This document shows, piece by piece, positions 22,489 through 34,773 of a stretch of DNA of 64,000 bases. This DNA comes from Ramazzottius varieornatus (taxonomy: Eukaryota; Animalia; Tardigrada): contig BDGG01000003.1 in the NCBI GenBank assembly GCA_001949185.1, positions 1,586,725 to 1,650,724 of the forward strand, written 5' to 3'. The notes beneath the pieces were generated by a model, which saw nothing but the letters and a program-made list of their open reading frames with translations, did not search any database and had not been told where the DNA came from. How positions within the stretch are numbered: position 1 is the stretch's first letter; each line of letters opens with the position of its first letter. The translations under genes and the position numbers were made by a program.

Positions 22489-24112
22489 AGAAGACGTATC
22501 GCTTTGCAATTACATTGTCTTCTTTCGGAGAGTTCGCTGAAGTTACTAACTCGTTTCCGAGTGGTCGGCTCCTTCTAGATTGTGTCGGTCGTTCTGTCGA
22601 GTGGCTTTATCTGTTCATGGATGTTGGTAATCTACCGTGACCTCTTTGCGTCAATGTATCCCGGAGTTTCCGTCGAGGAAATCTTCTGGCGCCGCATGCA
22701 GCGAGCCTTCTTTCCGGGTTGGTCGACAACCGTCTTCGTGAACACAGCGGTTGTTTATTCGGTGTGTGGGATGTGGAGTTTCATGTCCCCCCTTCTTCCG
22801 CAGTTTCTCTTTCTGTTTCTGATCATAGCTTGTACATGCTGTTTCAGTCACCTGACCGAATCAATCAAAAGTACCTTACAGGCTGTGCCAGAAGTACGCG
22901 TGGCGTCAGAGCATCGGACTGCACTGGTACTACTGTACGTTCACTCGGTCGGTCACACGTTCACCTGCAGGAAATCGTCGAGAAAATTGATCGGGTGTTT
23001 GGGTTTGTCAATTTTAGCTGGTCATTTCTGGACATCGGAACCTGTCTCTTAATTTTGGCACTTCTGCTCCGACCAAGCACGCCACAAACGGACATGCAGA
23101 ACCTTCATTTCATACGACTCTATGAAGAGCCCGCGTACCCGGCTATGATCATGTTTACTCTTGCACTGACTGTACAGTCAACAGTCCGAATTCTAACTTG
23201 TCAGCGTTCAAATTCAGCCACTGAACAGCTGGCAGGGCTTTTGCGTCACGAAGAGTCCTCGTCGAAAGGGAGCAAAAAAGTCAGATCTGAGTTCCAGCAG
23301 TTCTTGGAGACGCTTGAAAATCAGCGCACCGCATGGCCTCTATGCCATTAGTCCTCCTCACGACGAGCTGTTTATGTCGCAGACGGTTGATTTAAAATTT
23401 GCGTTTACTTGAACGGAAATTAGTTGTGAGTGAGGCAAAATTGGATTTTTCGAAAGTCTCGGAAACGGGACCGGGAATGCGCGAGTTTTGCGGGGTAGGT
23501 TTATAGGCAAACTTTGCCTCCTGAATAAGTTAAAGTTCATGATTTTCTCTCTGGCTAGTCTCTTTCTTCCGATATCCCTGACACGGATAGGTATCAAGAA
23601 GACCATACGCGAAACGTTGTCTCGCAACGTGAAGCACTGTGCAGATAGAGATCAACTGAGAAGTGAAAAATTTGAAATTTTGAGAAATTTGAAAACAAAA
23701 TTTTGAAAATTTGAAATTTTGAGTCAGGTGTGCAAAGAATAATCCTTTTTCGCTTTCAAGATAAGCTACTCGAGGGCTGCTTATCTTGAAAGCGAAACTT
23801 CGTAATCCACTTTCAAGATCAACACAATCAAAGGAGTTTTACGGCCTGTTGTGAGGAGGACTATTGATTACGGTTACGGCGCATCGGTAAGTCTACCAGC
23901 GGCTGATCAACGAATTTTATTGGTACACCGATAAATTCCTCGGCTGGTTTCCACAGCTTCTAAGCATTATTCTGACATACTATTTGGTCATGGACCAAAT
24001 CAAAGGGCAGAAGCACGATATGGAAAGTCTACTGAACATCGACCTGCATGCCCAGATAGTTTTCGACGACCTTCTCCGGAATGTTACTCTTGGCTGTGGC
24101 ACTCTCGGGTAA
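22489..24112 (+). pseudogene. Gustatory-receptor family pseudogene 2, 5'-truncated and interrupted by a DNA transposon
   Basis: Colinear with pseudogene 1 (LQEIV..I..VF, AYP.., PHGLYAIDYGYGAS | LLSIILTYYLVMDQIKGQ, FDD..NV.L). Stop at 22576, frameshifts, and an insertion at 23350-23862. Confidence 0.78.
23350..23862. mobile_element. Non-autonomous DNA transposon with 12-bp perfect TIR and probable 3-bp ATT target duplication (PIF/Harbinger-like)
   Basis: ATT|AGTCCTCCTCAC...GTGAGGAGGACT|ATT. Removing the element and one ATT restores a gap-free alignment with the paralogous GR. Internal TTTGAAA repeats and a perfect 19-bp stem at 23748-23797. Confidence 0.85.
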
Positions 24113-24454
24113 TTCATTCAACGCACTTGCGCAGCACTGGTTCGCACGATAGCGCTAAGCCGCTGACTGAGGTCCCTCCGGCAAAATACTGTCTGCTAAG
24201 CTTCTTCCCGGACGTTCCCAGCTTGCTTACAAAGTAGCCCATTGTTACACTCCGTTGATAAGACGTCTGGGTCCCACAAGTATCATGTTAGCCAAATGAA
24301 CGTTTTCTCCGGCCGTCATGTATGATCAGAATAAATTTCAGGATATGAAGGACTCTTTTATGAAGACATCTTTCGTAAAAAGTACTTTTGTATATTTGCC
24401 GTCCCATGAAACAATAAGGTATCACATGAGATGCATTAACAAACTTTCCCTCTG

Positions 24455-25831
24455 TCAGTGTTTGAACTGCTTTGCACATGATGCCATCGCGCGCGCTCTG
24501 GCTAATAGCCGATTGATAGCTGTTCGAAATTCTTTGCTACCGATGTGGTACAATAGCGGGTTCAACAGAGAATTCGTAAAAGACAGTACGTAAGAAAAAG
24601 AGTAGAAAGCTTCGTTTTGATACTTCGGCAGGAAAGTCATCAGTGAGAAGTAAGCGTAGCTCGGTGTCCAGCAGACAGTGAAGCATATGACCAACGAAAC
24701 CAGCAACCGCAATGCTCTTCGGTCCTTCTTCCGAATATATCGGCGCAGCAGACTTCCGCCCACCATCGAACCCAAAGACGCCACGCTTTGTTTCTTACGT
24801 CCAGAGCGGCCATCATTATCCCTCGTTGACACCGCGTGCCCCTTGCTTAATGGCGCAATTACCCCCAGATCAAGGTTCCTGCCGTTCAGAGTCATGTTGA
24901 CCCCGCTTGCCTCCATGACTGCTGACGAAAACAAATGCTGACTAACGGGCGAGTAGGATAAATGGTGCAGAGTGCGGCTGGGACTGCTTGCTAGTGTCAG
25001 GTGCACGTGTGTGCAAGAAGGACTAGTGTCAGTGCTGTATAACCGGCAAGTGCAGCACGACTTCAACGTCAACCCACCTGGAACCACAGCAGCACCGGTA
25101 CTAGCGGCGCCCGATGATCCTCCCGCTGGGCCACGCACCCCAAGGCTCGAAAGTGACTGCCGTAATTTGATACCGATAATAACGTTGGTGATGATGACCG
25201 TAACATGAGGAAGATAATAGCCGAGGAACTGAGCGGAAACTGTCCACGATTTAACCATTTCCAGATCTTGGTAACACATTCGCGACTCATCGTCTTTGGC
25301 CGTCCTTCTCTCAATCAAGAATCCAGGAAGAACGATCAAATTCACGGCCACCCACATTACCGCAATCGTCAAGGCACTGAGACGCCGCGAATGGTAGGTT
25401 CGATAGCCGATGGGGTACGTGATGGCCCACAACCGGTCCAGGCTGATGAACATGAGCGAGTACGCTACAGCTATGGTCACGATCCAGTCGATGTACAGCC
25501 AAAGGTCGCAAGCGGCTCGAGTGGACGGCCACACCCCGGACCGATTGTAAATGAAGTAAAAGACGGTGTCGATGCTACCGATAATGGTATCGCATACACC
25601 CAAATTGCACAAGTAATAGTTGAACGGAGTCCATAATTTCCGATCGGTTACGAAAGCCAATAGGACGATGACGTTGAGCACTGTACTGAGGAGCATAATG
25701 GGCACGAGGAGCCATGTTGCAATGATGGCCGGCAAACTGACTTTCGGTTCCAGATTCACGGGTTGTATGACGGTAATATTGGTCAAGTTCAAAGGCGCAA
25801 GGATGAGATTGAAGATGACGGAACTTGACAT
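24455..25831 (-). CDS. Class A (rhodopsin-like) GPCR, biogenic-amine-receptor-like
   Basis: Seven TM segments; LNVIV, NLGVCD, WP...CDLWLYID (Asp3.32), ISLDRLW, CWTP, NSLLNPLLY. Probable 156-nt in-frame intron 25077-24922 in ICL3. Confidence 0.93.
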   Translation of the reverse strand: MSSSVIFNLILAPLNLTNITVIQPVNLEPKVSLPAIIATWLLVPIMLLSTVLNVIVLLAFVTDRKLWTPFNYYLCNLGVCDTIIGSIDTVFYFIYNRSGVWPSTRAACDLWLYIDWIVTIAVAYSLMFISLDRLWAITYPIGYRTYHSRRLSALTIAVMWVAVNLIVLPGFLIERRTAKDDESRMCYQDLEMVKSWTVSAQFLGYYLPHVTVIITNVIIGIKLRQSLSSLGVRGPAGGSSGAASTGAAVVPGGLTLKSCCTCRLYSTDTSPSCTHVHLTLASSPSRTLHHLSYSPVSQHLFSSAVMEASGVNMTLNGRNLDLGVIAPLSKGHAVSTRDNDGRSGRKKQSVASLGSMVGGSLLRRYIRKKDRRALRLLVSLVICFTVCWTPSYAYFSLMTFLPKYQNEAFYSFSYVLSFTNSLLNPLLYHIGSKEFRTAINRLLARARAMASCAKQFKH

Positions 25832-27785
25832 ACCGAAGCTGTCGTTACATGTGCAAGATATTAAGATCAAAAGGTTGATTCGAACAAGGGAGAAGAAATT
25901 TAAGATGGCGATAATCGTAATAGCGATAAGATAGAGGAATGGGGATGAGTGAGCGATTCTGCAACAGATTCATAGTACACTAATGGCGTGGTACATCGTC
26001 AGGTACCTCAGCGCTGCTAAAAATAAGCACGTATTAAAGTGCCTTCATATCCCGTTAGAGTATCATCAAAGGGGATGTAAAGTATCGTCTAGGCTGTTGG
26101 GAGTTGATACTCTGCGGATTTGCAAGCTGATCATCGCTCGTCATCCTCGGCTAAGGTGGGAAAGGCACTGCGGCGCAGTGACGTCATCAACACACTTGTT
26201 CCACTGTCTAATCGTGGGAAAAACAGCAGGAGCCAGTGGCGGTATGTACGCGTAATCAAGATTAGGTTTGGTATCGAGGTACTCAAATTCTCGGCGTCAT
26301 GATCAGCAGGTCGACCTGTAAATTGGGGGGTGTGTTTGTGGATACTGGTAAACACTGACCCCATATGTCTTCAGACGAATGATACTGCATCCCAACAAAC
26401 GTTTTTTTCCGACATCGCACATACAGTGTGCGCCAAAATGGTCACCCCAAACTGGGCGGAGAATTTGGGCGTGGTTTCCCTGCATGACGTGATAAACGAT
26501 CCATTAAATATCAAGAAATCAGCAGGCTATAGCTGTATCAGCATTCGACTGGTTAATCCCACCCAGATCAACGCCCAGATTGAAGTGACCATATTGGCAT
26601 ACACTGTACAAAGATGGGGCTATGCCTGGTACCGACACTCCGTTTTTAAGTCAGTTGCCCGATGTTGCAAGTGTTATGATCATAAAGCGATTGGCAAAGT
26701 TTAGCGGTTGCGGAGTTGATTGCACTAAGTTGTGAGTAGAGGGAGGGAAGCAAGAGACGACTGAGCACATGGAATGATGCAGGCTAACAGAGCCCGGTAG
26801 GAACAGCCCCCACACAGACCAAACTACAGTGGGCCACATGCAGTGCTGCCGCTCTTTGTCAAGGTTTGGAGATGAGTCTCCATTTTGTGAAACGGTTCAA
26901 AATTTTTATAAAGGACTGCTCTATCCATGTTTCTTCGTCGGAAAAGTCCTTAAACTCAGTACGGCTAAGATAAACGATTTTGCGCGATTTTGGTGCGCAT
27001 GTCGTCCATAGGCAATAGGTCTGGGTGAGGCACTGGTACCGCCAAACCTTGCCAGGCGCAAGACGTATTCAAACTTGCACATCGGCTGCCGTGGCTTCCT
27101 GATGTCGCTACCAGGCATAGCCTTATATATATTGACTGTACGTAACCGGTAATCATCCGGATTGACTTATTTTCGTGGAAGTAGAAGGTAAACTAATCCT
27201 ACGTCATGTGACATACGTCTTTCTATCTCTTCGTTTGCACTTCTTCCCCCAATGCAAATTTCGCAAATAAAATAAGATTAATTTTGGATTTTTATACACG
27301 ATAGTTATACCGGGTACGAGGATCTGGTCCTAACTTTGCCCGCGGTTAAAACTTTCTACTGATATGACATGCATCCGTCACAAGCTTAAAGTCAACAGCA
27401 GATCCTCGTACGAAGGTGGGCGCTGAAATATGGTTCGCCGAATGGTCCAGCTCTCGGAGCAGATTGCAATTGATGACGACCGGAGAGGCTTTGAACATGC
27501 GATTCAAGGGTGGATCGGTGTGGATGGAGTATGCGTCGGATGTGCCGACAGCTATTCGGGTCGACCGGAATGCCAAGAAAAAAGAACAGGCATAATTATG
27601 CGACGGCTTAGCTAGGACAAAAGAATGTCCGACAGATGTGGTTCGCCGCGGAAGAAGGATGATATATAAGCTACTGGCCCAGGGCAAGTTTGGCAGACTT
27701 CCTGTGCGATGCTTGGAATATCGGAACACCGAAATGGAGACGGACTGGTAACGGTACGTAGCAGAAATTCGATTGTCTCGGATAC

Positions 27786-27994
27786 ATACTGTATTTTCTC
27801 TAAGCTTTCGCGCAGTCACGTGACAGGTCAGTAAATATTGTCTGGCGGGGATAAAAAACTTCAATGCCCCCACTCAAAAATTCCTGGACAATCAAGTGCA
27901 GCTATGTGCCACAATCAAACAATCGGTGATAGGAAGCTCTGGGTGTAATTCACTAGTCTGTCACGTGAATTCGCGAAACCCTAGAATACAGTAT
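27786..27994. mobile_element. Degenerate small MITE (TA-CTGTATT termini)
   Basis: ATACTGTATT...TTTCGCGCAGTCACGTGACAG pairs with CTGTCACGTGAATTCGCGAAA...AATACAGTAT. Confidence 0.6.
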
Positions 27995-28087
27995 ATCCTC
28001 GTAATATTATGGTCTGAGCTGATATTATCAGCAAACTTCTTCGCTCAATGGACGATTTTTGTGTAATCCCGCTTTGCTCCTTTTGGT

Positions 28088-28892
28088 CGGTGCTGTTCCA
28101 ATATGACTTTTTGGATTTTAAGTGCAATTACGATTAATGGGAGCACCACTGGCGGCTGCAATTTCAATTATCTAACTTGCAGCTCAGGTACATTAGCAAT
28201 TAGGATTAATCGAAATTCAGCTCCCGACAGCAATTGTAATTATTTCAATTGTTGAGGTTCATTTCTGAGATTCGGATATTCATACAATAGTGTTGAAGCA
28301 GCTTAAGTCTCTCGTTCCGTGCGCGTGGAATGACCGACAGATGTTTGGTACGAAGCACGTTGTACTCAAGGCATTGAATACGGACGCGCTGATTGACCAG
28401 GTACCGTAAAACCCCCTCAATCCTCGCGCGTACTTCATCATATTTGCGAAACAGCCCCTTTAGAGGTTGGTAGGAAACAATGTCGCGACCGGGGTTCAAT
28501 TTCGCGCGTACGCTGATACAGCGCGAGTGCTCACGAAGCAACCCAGTAAGGATCCAGTTTTAAAGCAGTAAGCACCTTGCTTCCTCGTGCGACAAACACA
28601 TGCGCACACACATTCGCCCAATCAAGCCCCAGAACACGCAAAAATCCCATAACTTGATACACCCACGTGAGTTTCATTACACTTTTGGCGCAGATTCAGT
28701 AACTACAATTGCTGGATTTTGCTTTTCAGTTATCAATTATAATTTCTTATATTTTTCAAATTCTAATACAGTTCTAATTAATATTGGAATTGTCTAGCCT
28801 GGGATTTGCAATTTCAATTGTCATATTGGAATCTCAAAACGGTCGTTTTTGGCCATTTTCAATTATCAATTGTAATGATCGGAATAGCACCG
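28088..28892. repeat. Degenerate TIR element with CAATT/AATTG-rich subterminal arms
   Basis: GGTGCTGTTCC vs GGAATAGCACC ends; TTCCAATATGAC / GTCATATTGGAA inverted pair; many CAATTRY repeats. Confidence 0.45.
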
Positions 28893-29557
28893 CTTTGAGT
28901 GACGCCGTACGACATACGCCAAACGGCCTAGTGTCGGAGCGCGGGCCCTAGGGATTTCTGATAGGTGAGGGGTCAAATAAAAGTTTTGGGGCAAAGCATT
29001 GTTTTTCATTTAACCTCCGAAAATTCACAATGCTTCGACGCACTTCAAAGCGATCCGGGAGGCTGTATTTCGAGCCGTCATCAGACTGGCTGCTTCTAGG
29101 TTTCGACCAACGCCCCCCACGCATGCTGGAATCGCATGGGCGGGAACTTCCGGCGCAACCTAGGGGCCAGCCTAACAGCAGTTTTACGATATTTACAGTG
29201 TGGGAATCCATGTTGGCGATCGCTCCCGCATCAACTTCGGTTAGTTGGAACTGATGAGACAAGCACCAACGCATCCACTATGTCAAACAGGGTCTTTATC
29301 AGGTACTCGTTTCCCTGGGATCGACAGCCATATCGTTATCATCGATGGCGGAAGACAGGATGGCGCTAAATCCTTTCTGCAGTTGGTCGATACTTCCGCT
29401 CCGAAGAAGAACAAAAGCGAATTCTACCACGATACTGGGGAAACAGGTAAAACAAACAGCAAGGTCGTTTTTACAAAAGTGACGCATGCTTACCGCCCTT
29501 AACACTCGGGTCGCCGGGTGTTCCGTGCACCTCTTCCGCGCATCCAGCCGCGGACTA

Positions 29558-30800
29558 CACCCTGTCCCAGCCAACTTGCTATCACCTCTTCAAAGAATTC
29601 CTGTACATTCCAGAATGAAATTAAAATTCTCAATCTAATTCTATATAATCCCCCTTCTTGTCCAGCATCTTTTGAACTCGACTTTCCCAGGACAAAAGTG
29701 GTCGACGGATGACTCCGAGGTCGAAGTTCGCGCACACCTCTTGAAGGACCTTGCTTAGACCAGCGATGAAATTTTCAAAATTCCATTGATGGCATAATCA
29801 AAAGGAGCCAAGTCAGGGCTGTTGGCCATCCAATGGTCCTGCGGAATGTTGTTTGGATGGTTCTTTGAGTCAGAATCGTAACGTGAGATTTTGTGCTGTT
29901 GAGATGCACCGTGATATCGTTTGGATTTTTGGAGTAGGGCCGGGAATGTCGTTCTTCACCATCGGCGACAGGGCATTGTCGATGAAGTACTGCGCTGTGA
30001 CTTTTGCATTACCGTCAACAACATAGGGTTTTGAAATTCCATTCCAACAGATCCTAGTGGCGACCATAATCTGTTTGGGCCACTGCTTCACCAGCTTTGC
30101 GCCATTCATCCGGAACCTCTAGGAATCGGTCGGTGAAGAAATACTCGCCTTCGCTGTTGCAAGCATCAAGAGTGATTCACGTTTCATCCATGGTGAAGAT
30201 TTTCTTGACTCTGTTACCCCACAGGTATGAGACAAACAGCTTTCCGCGCTCGTACCTCTGAGCTTTCTGAGCATTCGTCAGGTGGTGCAGGTTCTTCTTC
30301 TTACGCGCGACCAGACCCAAATTTTGATTGATGATCCGGTTTACAGAGCTAGGAGAACATTGTAGCTTACGGGCAAGCTTTTTTTGGGAATCCGGACGCT
30401 CCTTGAGGACTGCTGTCTTCACTTTCTTAATGCTGTCCTTGGTACACACCGAGGGGAGGTTTTGCGCAGGAAGCTGTTTATCCGGTTTGGCCCATCCGAC
30501 TCCGTTCGTTCATTCTTTTCTGATGAGTTTGCCGATCGTCTTGTAATGGATAGGAGTTCCGAGGCTGAGCAGTTGCTCTGAAATTTTCTTATGCGACAAA
30601 CGTTGCTTGTGCAGTGCCATCACCATGGCCTTTGAACCAGTTTCTGAACCCATTTTGAAAGCAAACTCAACAAGAGATATCTCAAAAGATGCGGAAGTGA
30701 AAATGGATTATGAAATCAGCTGAGATGACAAAGAAACAAGTACAGGGATTTTTGTTTACAGCCTAGTTTCAAGTGGTAGCAAGTTGGCTGGGGCAGGGTG
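29558..30800 (-). mobile_element. Tc1/mariner DD37D (maT) transposon, both TIRs present, transposase inactivated
   Basis: TA|CACCCTGTCCCAGCCAACTTGCTATCAC and GTGGTAGCAAGTTGGCTGGGGCAGGGTG|TA. Transposase from ~30653 with HTH, IFTMDET, WMANSPDLAPFDY; stops and frameshifts. Confidence 0.93.
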
Positions 30801-30859
30801 TATGACTATGACATGAGCTATGGTGGTCACCCGTGGGCTATGATGGTTACCGTCCTTCC

Positions 30860-31772
30860 ACCTAAAATTTTTTTTGAAGTCCGTTTATGGCATATTCTGG
30901 TGGAGCCAGGTCAGGGCTGTTGGCCATCTAAACGCAATCCAGAATGTAATTCGGATGGTTCTCTTCCATCCATTCTTGGGTCAGTTTGTCCACGTGAGAC
31001 TTGGCGGAGTCGAAATGCACGGTGATTTTGTGTGAATTTTTGCCATGCAGCCGGGGTAGGTTTTCTTTGATCATCTTCGACAGGACATCATCAATGAAGT
31101 AACGGGCTGTCACTTTGGTATCGCCATCAACGACGTAGGGCCTCGACATTCCGTTCCAGGAGATTCCTACGGCGACCATGATCTTTTTAGGCCAAGCCTT
31201 CACCGGCTTTTTGCACCAGTCTTCGGGAATTTCCAGCGCGCCGTCCGTGTACTAATATTCCCTTTCGGAGTTACAGTCGTCGAGAGTCAACCAAGTCTCG
31301 GCCATTGGGAAGATCTTTCTGATTGTATCACCTCTCAGATACAGAATAAACATTTCACCGCGTTCGCACCTTTGTTCCTTCTGTACTGCCGTTAGGTGAC
31401 GGACTTTTCTTGCGCGCTACCAAACCTAGATCTTGACAGATGATCTGGCCTACAATATAGTGGGAACATCCAAGCTTACGGGTAAGGTTCCGCTAAGAAT
31501 CTGGTTCCTTTTTCTAGGACTGCTTCCAGGCTTGAAAGTCGCGCAGAGATTTCCTTCAGCGACAACCGTTGAGTGCGTAGAGCCGTCACCATGGCTCTCG
31601 TTTCAGAAGTCGTTTTCGGAGGCATTTCAAAATTAAACTTATTGAACGACATTTCAAAAGATGCGGCATTGAAAATGAATTATGAAATCAGTCGAGATGA
31701 TGGAGAGATCAGTACATTGATTTTTTTATAGCGCTTTATTTTAGGTCGTAGACACTTGGCCCATCCACACTG
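30860..31772 (-). mobile_element. Second, diverged and 3'-truncated maT-like transposon
   Basis: KIMVAVGISWNG, VHFDSAKSH-...-MANSPDLAP with 37 residues between the 2nd and 3rd catalytic positions. One TIR-like end CCATCCACACTG|TA at 31772. The 5' UTR is similar to that of the neighbouring copy. Confidence 0.88.
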
Positions 31773-33737
31773 TATTTATAATTCGGAACGGCAAAGAATA
31801 CGCGCACCATAATATTCATTCTTCACACGTTCGTGGAACGAAGCTGGACGGTCAGCGATAACGCTGTATCTAGTCACATACATCTGGCCTTACAGGCATT
31901 TTGTCCAAACACCCGCAGTGTTGTGCGCTGCATTTTTTCACCAGAAGGTCAAACTCTACCCGGATAATGTCCTCCAAAATCTACTACCTTCAGAAGGTTA
32001 AAGGACTGACACAAACTCTAATTTGAACCAATGACAAAACTTTTATCCTCGAAAATCCACCACCTTCAGAAGGTCAGAAGAAAAGAAAAACGTTACAGAA
32101 ACATCGAAGGCCAAATACATACAACACATCGTATTAATACGATTATTATATTCATGTTGCACGACTAAAAGTACGTACAACATGGATACAAATTAACGGC
32201 GCAATAGCCACCATCTTAAGATAAACTAATTTTTCTGTGGCCAAACCTCCGCCAATCGGCGGCTTCCCAGTGAAGCTGAGGGTTTTGCGAGGTAAACCTG
32301 ATTTGCTGATGTCACACCAGCACAAACCATAAAAAAATCCTGACGATCCTGTGATTTCCCCCGACGGGGAGGTGGAGCCTAATTGGAATGAGTTTTTGAT
32401 TGTGACTTGCTCGCTTCCCGCTGCGCGTTTACTTTAGCCAAATTTCGTTTTTCGAGTTCCGGATTCTCGCCTTTCTCTGACAAATTATTTATCTCGTCGA
32501 TTCGACTTCGTAAGTCAGCCGTGGTTGGTCATCTCGAACACGGAGGGACTTCGTGTTCGAGTCCTGCAGTCGGATCCCGGAGGGAGAAGGATGGAAAAGG
32601 TCGGAGTGTAAGGACACAAGTATCCACAGCTGATGCAGCCATCGGAGGCTACTGTGACTGCCGATGTTTAACTGCACCCTTTTCGAAAGTGCTGCCTGCT
32701 TCTCAACTTTGTCGTTGGTACCAGAAGCAGCAGTGGAGTTTTTTTCTGCCTTAGCGTAGGGCTCTTGAACTTTGTGCACTTGTTTCAGGTGGCAACCCGT
32801 AGCCGGACATGCGTTCATCAGCGATATCGCTGTGGGATGATCAAATAATCAGGTTACTTGTTTAAGTTGGTTTCTCTGTGGGTCGGAAATCGGAGGGCTC
32901 GGAATAGCCACCGTCTGGGATTTCGCTCCCTTCTTGATACCTGTTTGCACTGTTCTAGAGCTCATCTATGCACGGATGTTTCTTTCTCATTTGTATCCAG
33001 ATTGTCTCAGCTCAAAAGAAATCGGACATCGCTGTTAACGTTCTTCTCTGTCGACGCTGTTATTTTCTTGAGCGATATCGCTGCGTTCCATGGCTTCCTG
33101 CAGCGAGTCTTGTCACCTGTCTACATATGTACATAGATGTCTGGAATTTCTGCTCCTGCTCTTTTTCTGTCGGTGTAAGGAGCAGTGGAACAGAAAATAA
33201 TCAAAATCATCATTTTGGGTTTTATTGGAGTTTTGGTCACAATGAAAACCTTGAAAAGTTCAGAACTTTTTCACGTCCCATAGACATATATTTCCCAGCG
33301 TAAGCCAGTAATGTGATTTTCATGTTGTTATTTGGGTTGATATCTGGACAATAGCTGAAACCTCGAGGATTCCAGAACGTTTCAGCGACGGTTCTGAGGG
33401 TTTTGGCAACAGGGTTGGTCCCACCACCTTCCAGACCTCAGCGCGTCTATGCCGACATGTATCCCGGATTAACCCCAACATCCCGGGAACGGACGGTGTC
33501 ACGTTCAGCGCGTCACGTATCCCTCGCAACAACCCCTGCGTCACTGAGAAGCTGAAGGTTGCTGGAGGGATTGCTGGAGGGGTGAAAAAAAGCAAGGAGC
33601 GAGCAGGGGAAGAAGGAAGAGTTCCCATAAGGAATCAAACCAATCGGCTGAGCGTTGGTCGGTAACACATCACAGATCGCACATCGAAACTCTTAGCAGT
33701 CCATCCGCCTACATTTGTGGCCGGCCGGTGCTGATGC

Positions 33738-34153
33738 CAGTGTTGAACAAAGTACCGGTACTACCCGGTAATACCTGTAATAAGTACCGATTTCGCAGTA
33801 CTTTACCCGGTACTGACGGCCGATACGTGTACTTTGGTGTATGTACAGTAGGTGCGCGAAGCTAAAAGTGCTTCTTGAAACGACGATCACCAGGTGCACC
33901 CGCTGATCAGCAGTCCAGAATTTCAAAGCGAGTTTCTGATTTATGCTCCGGTCGATATGCTCCTACTGTTCGTATGAATCGTATCTTACCTTGAATGCTT
34001 CTTTTTTCGCGGTACTTTCGGTATTCTTTTTGGACAGTACTTTGCCGGCGGCATTACCTGTGAATCTTGCCAAATAACGATACTTTACCTGCGAGGCAAG
34101 CCGAGATACTTTACTTTACTGAGTACCGAAAAACCAGTACTTGTTCAACACTA
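33738..34153. mobile_element. Non-autonomous hAT element with 8-bp target duplication
   Basis: GCTGATGC|CAGTGTTGAACAAAGTAC...GTACTTGTTCAACACTA|GCTGATGC; GTAC-rich subterminal repeats. Confidence 0.92.
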
Positions 34154-34773
34154 GCTGATGCCTACATTCCTGCCCATCACCACAGCCATTTAAAGGGAAG
34201 GGCCCCGTACCTCGGCCCCTACGAAAATTTCCCCTAACATACTCTATCCCCTAACCAGCAAACCTAACAGCCTCGAACCCGAAGAACTCTTGTCTCGGAA
34301 AAAAACAGAGCCAGACTCGAACACCGCTGTCCCTTAACAGCGTCGAGCCCGAACAACTTCGACCCCGAGGAACCTCCGACCGAAGACCGCATTCTTCAAA
34401 GAACGCTCTCCGCCACACACATCTTCTGAAAGGCCCCCGAATCATTGATTGAAGGGTTTTCGAAAACCCTCAAATAACTGCTTCGCCGAATCTTTAACGA
34501 ATATTCCAATAGATTCATCCGTGCAGAAGATTCTGGTTTTTGATGTACGTGTGGCTCCCGAAGATAGCGGTATCCCAACCTCTGGACGACTTAATGACTT
34601 GACCAAGTTTGGACTGTTACTGACAACAGAAACAGAATCTGTCTCCTCCAGAACCACCAAGATACCATAAATAATTTCTTTATCCATGACGGAGTACGTT
34701 CTTGCTAGAGTATCTAAACCGAATTCGAACTGAAAACACTCAAAAAACTTATGAAGAACATTCGGAACGTTTA

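Noticed and set aside
28380-28520. B-box-like GGTTCAATTTCG
   Set aside because: No cloverleaf can be folded; lies within a degenerate repeat.
28948-29502. Short ORFs with a faint transposase-like GTDETSTN segment
   Set aside because: Too little similarity to call.
32390-33630. Coding-looking, stop-interrupted frames on both strands
   Set aside because: No family motif found; could be a decayed gene or TE.
34200-34770. Possible 3' fragment of an L1/Tx1-like LINE on the minus strand
   Set aside because: No diagnostic RT motif visible.
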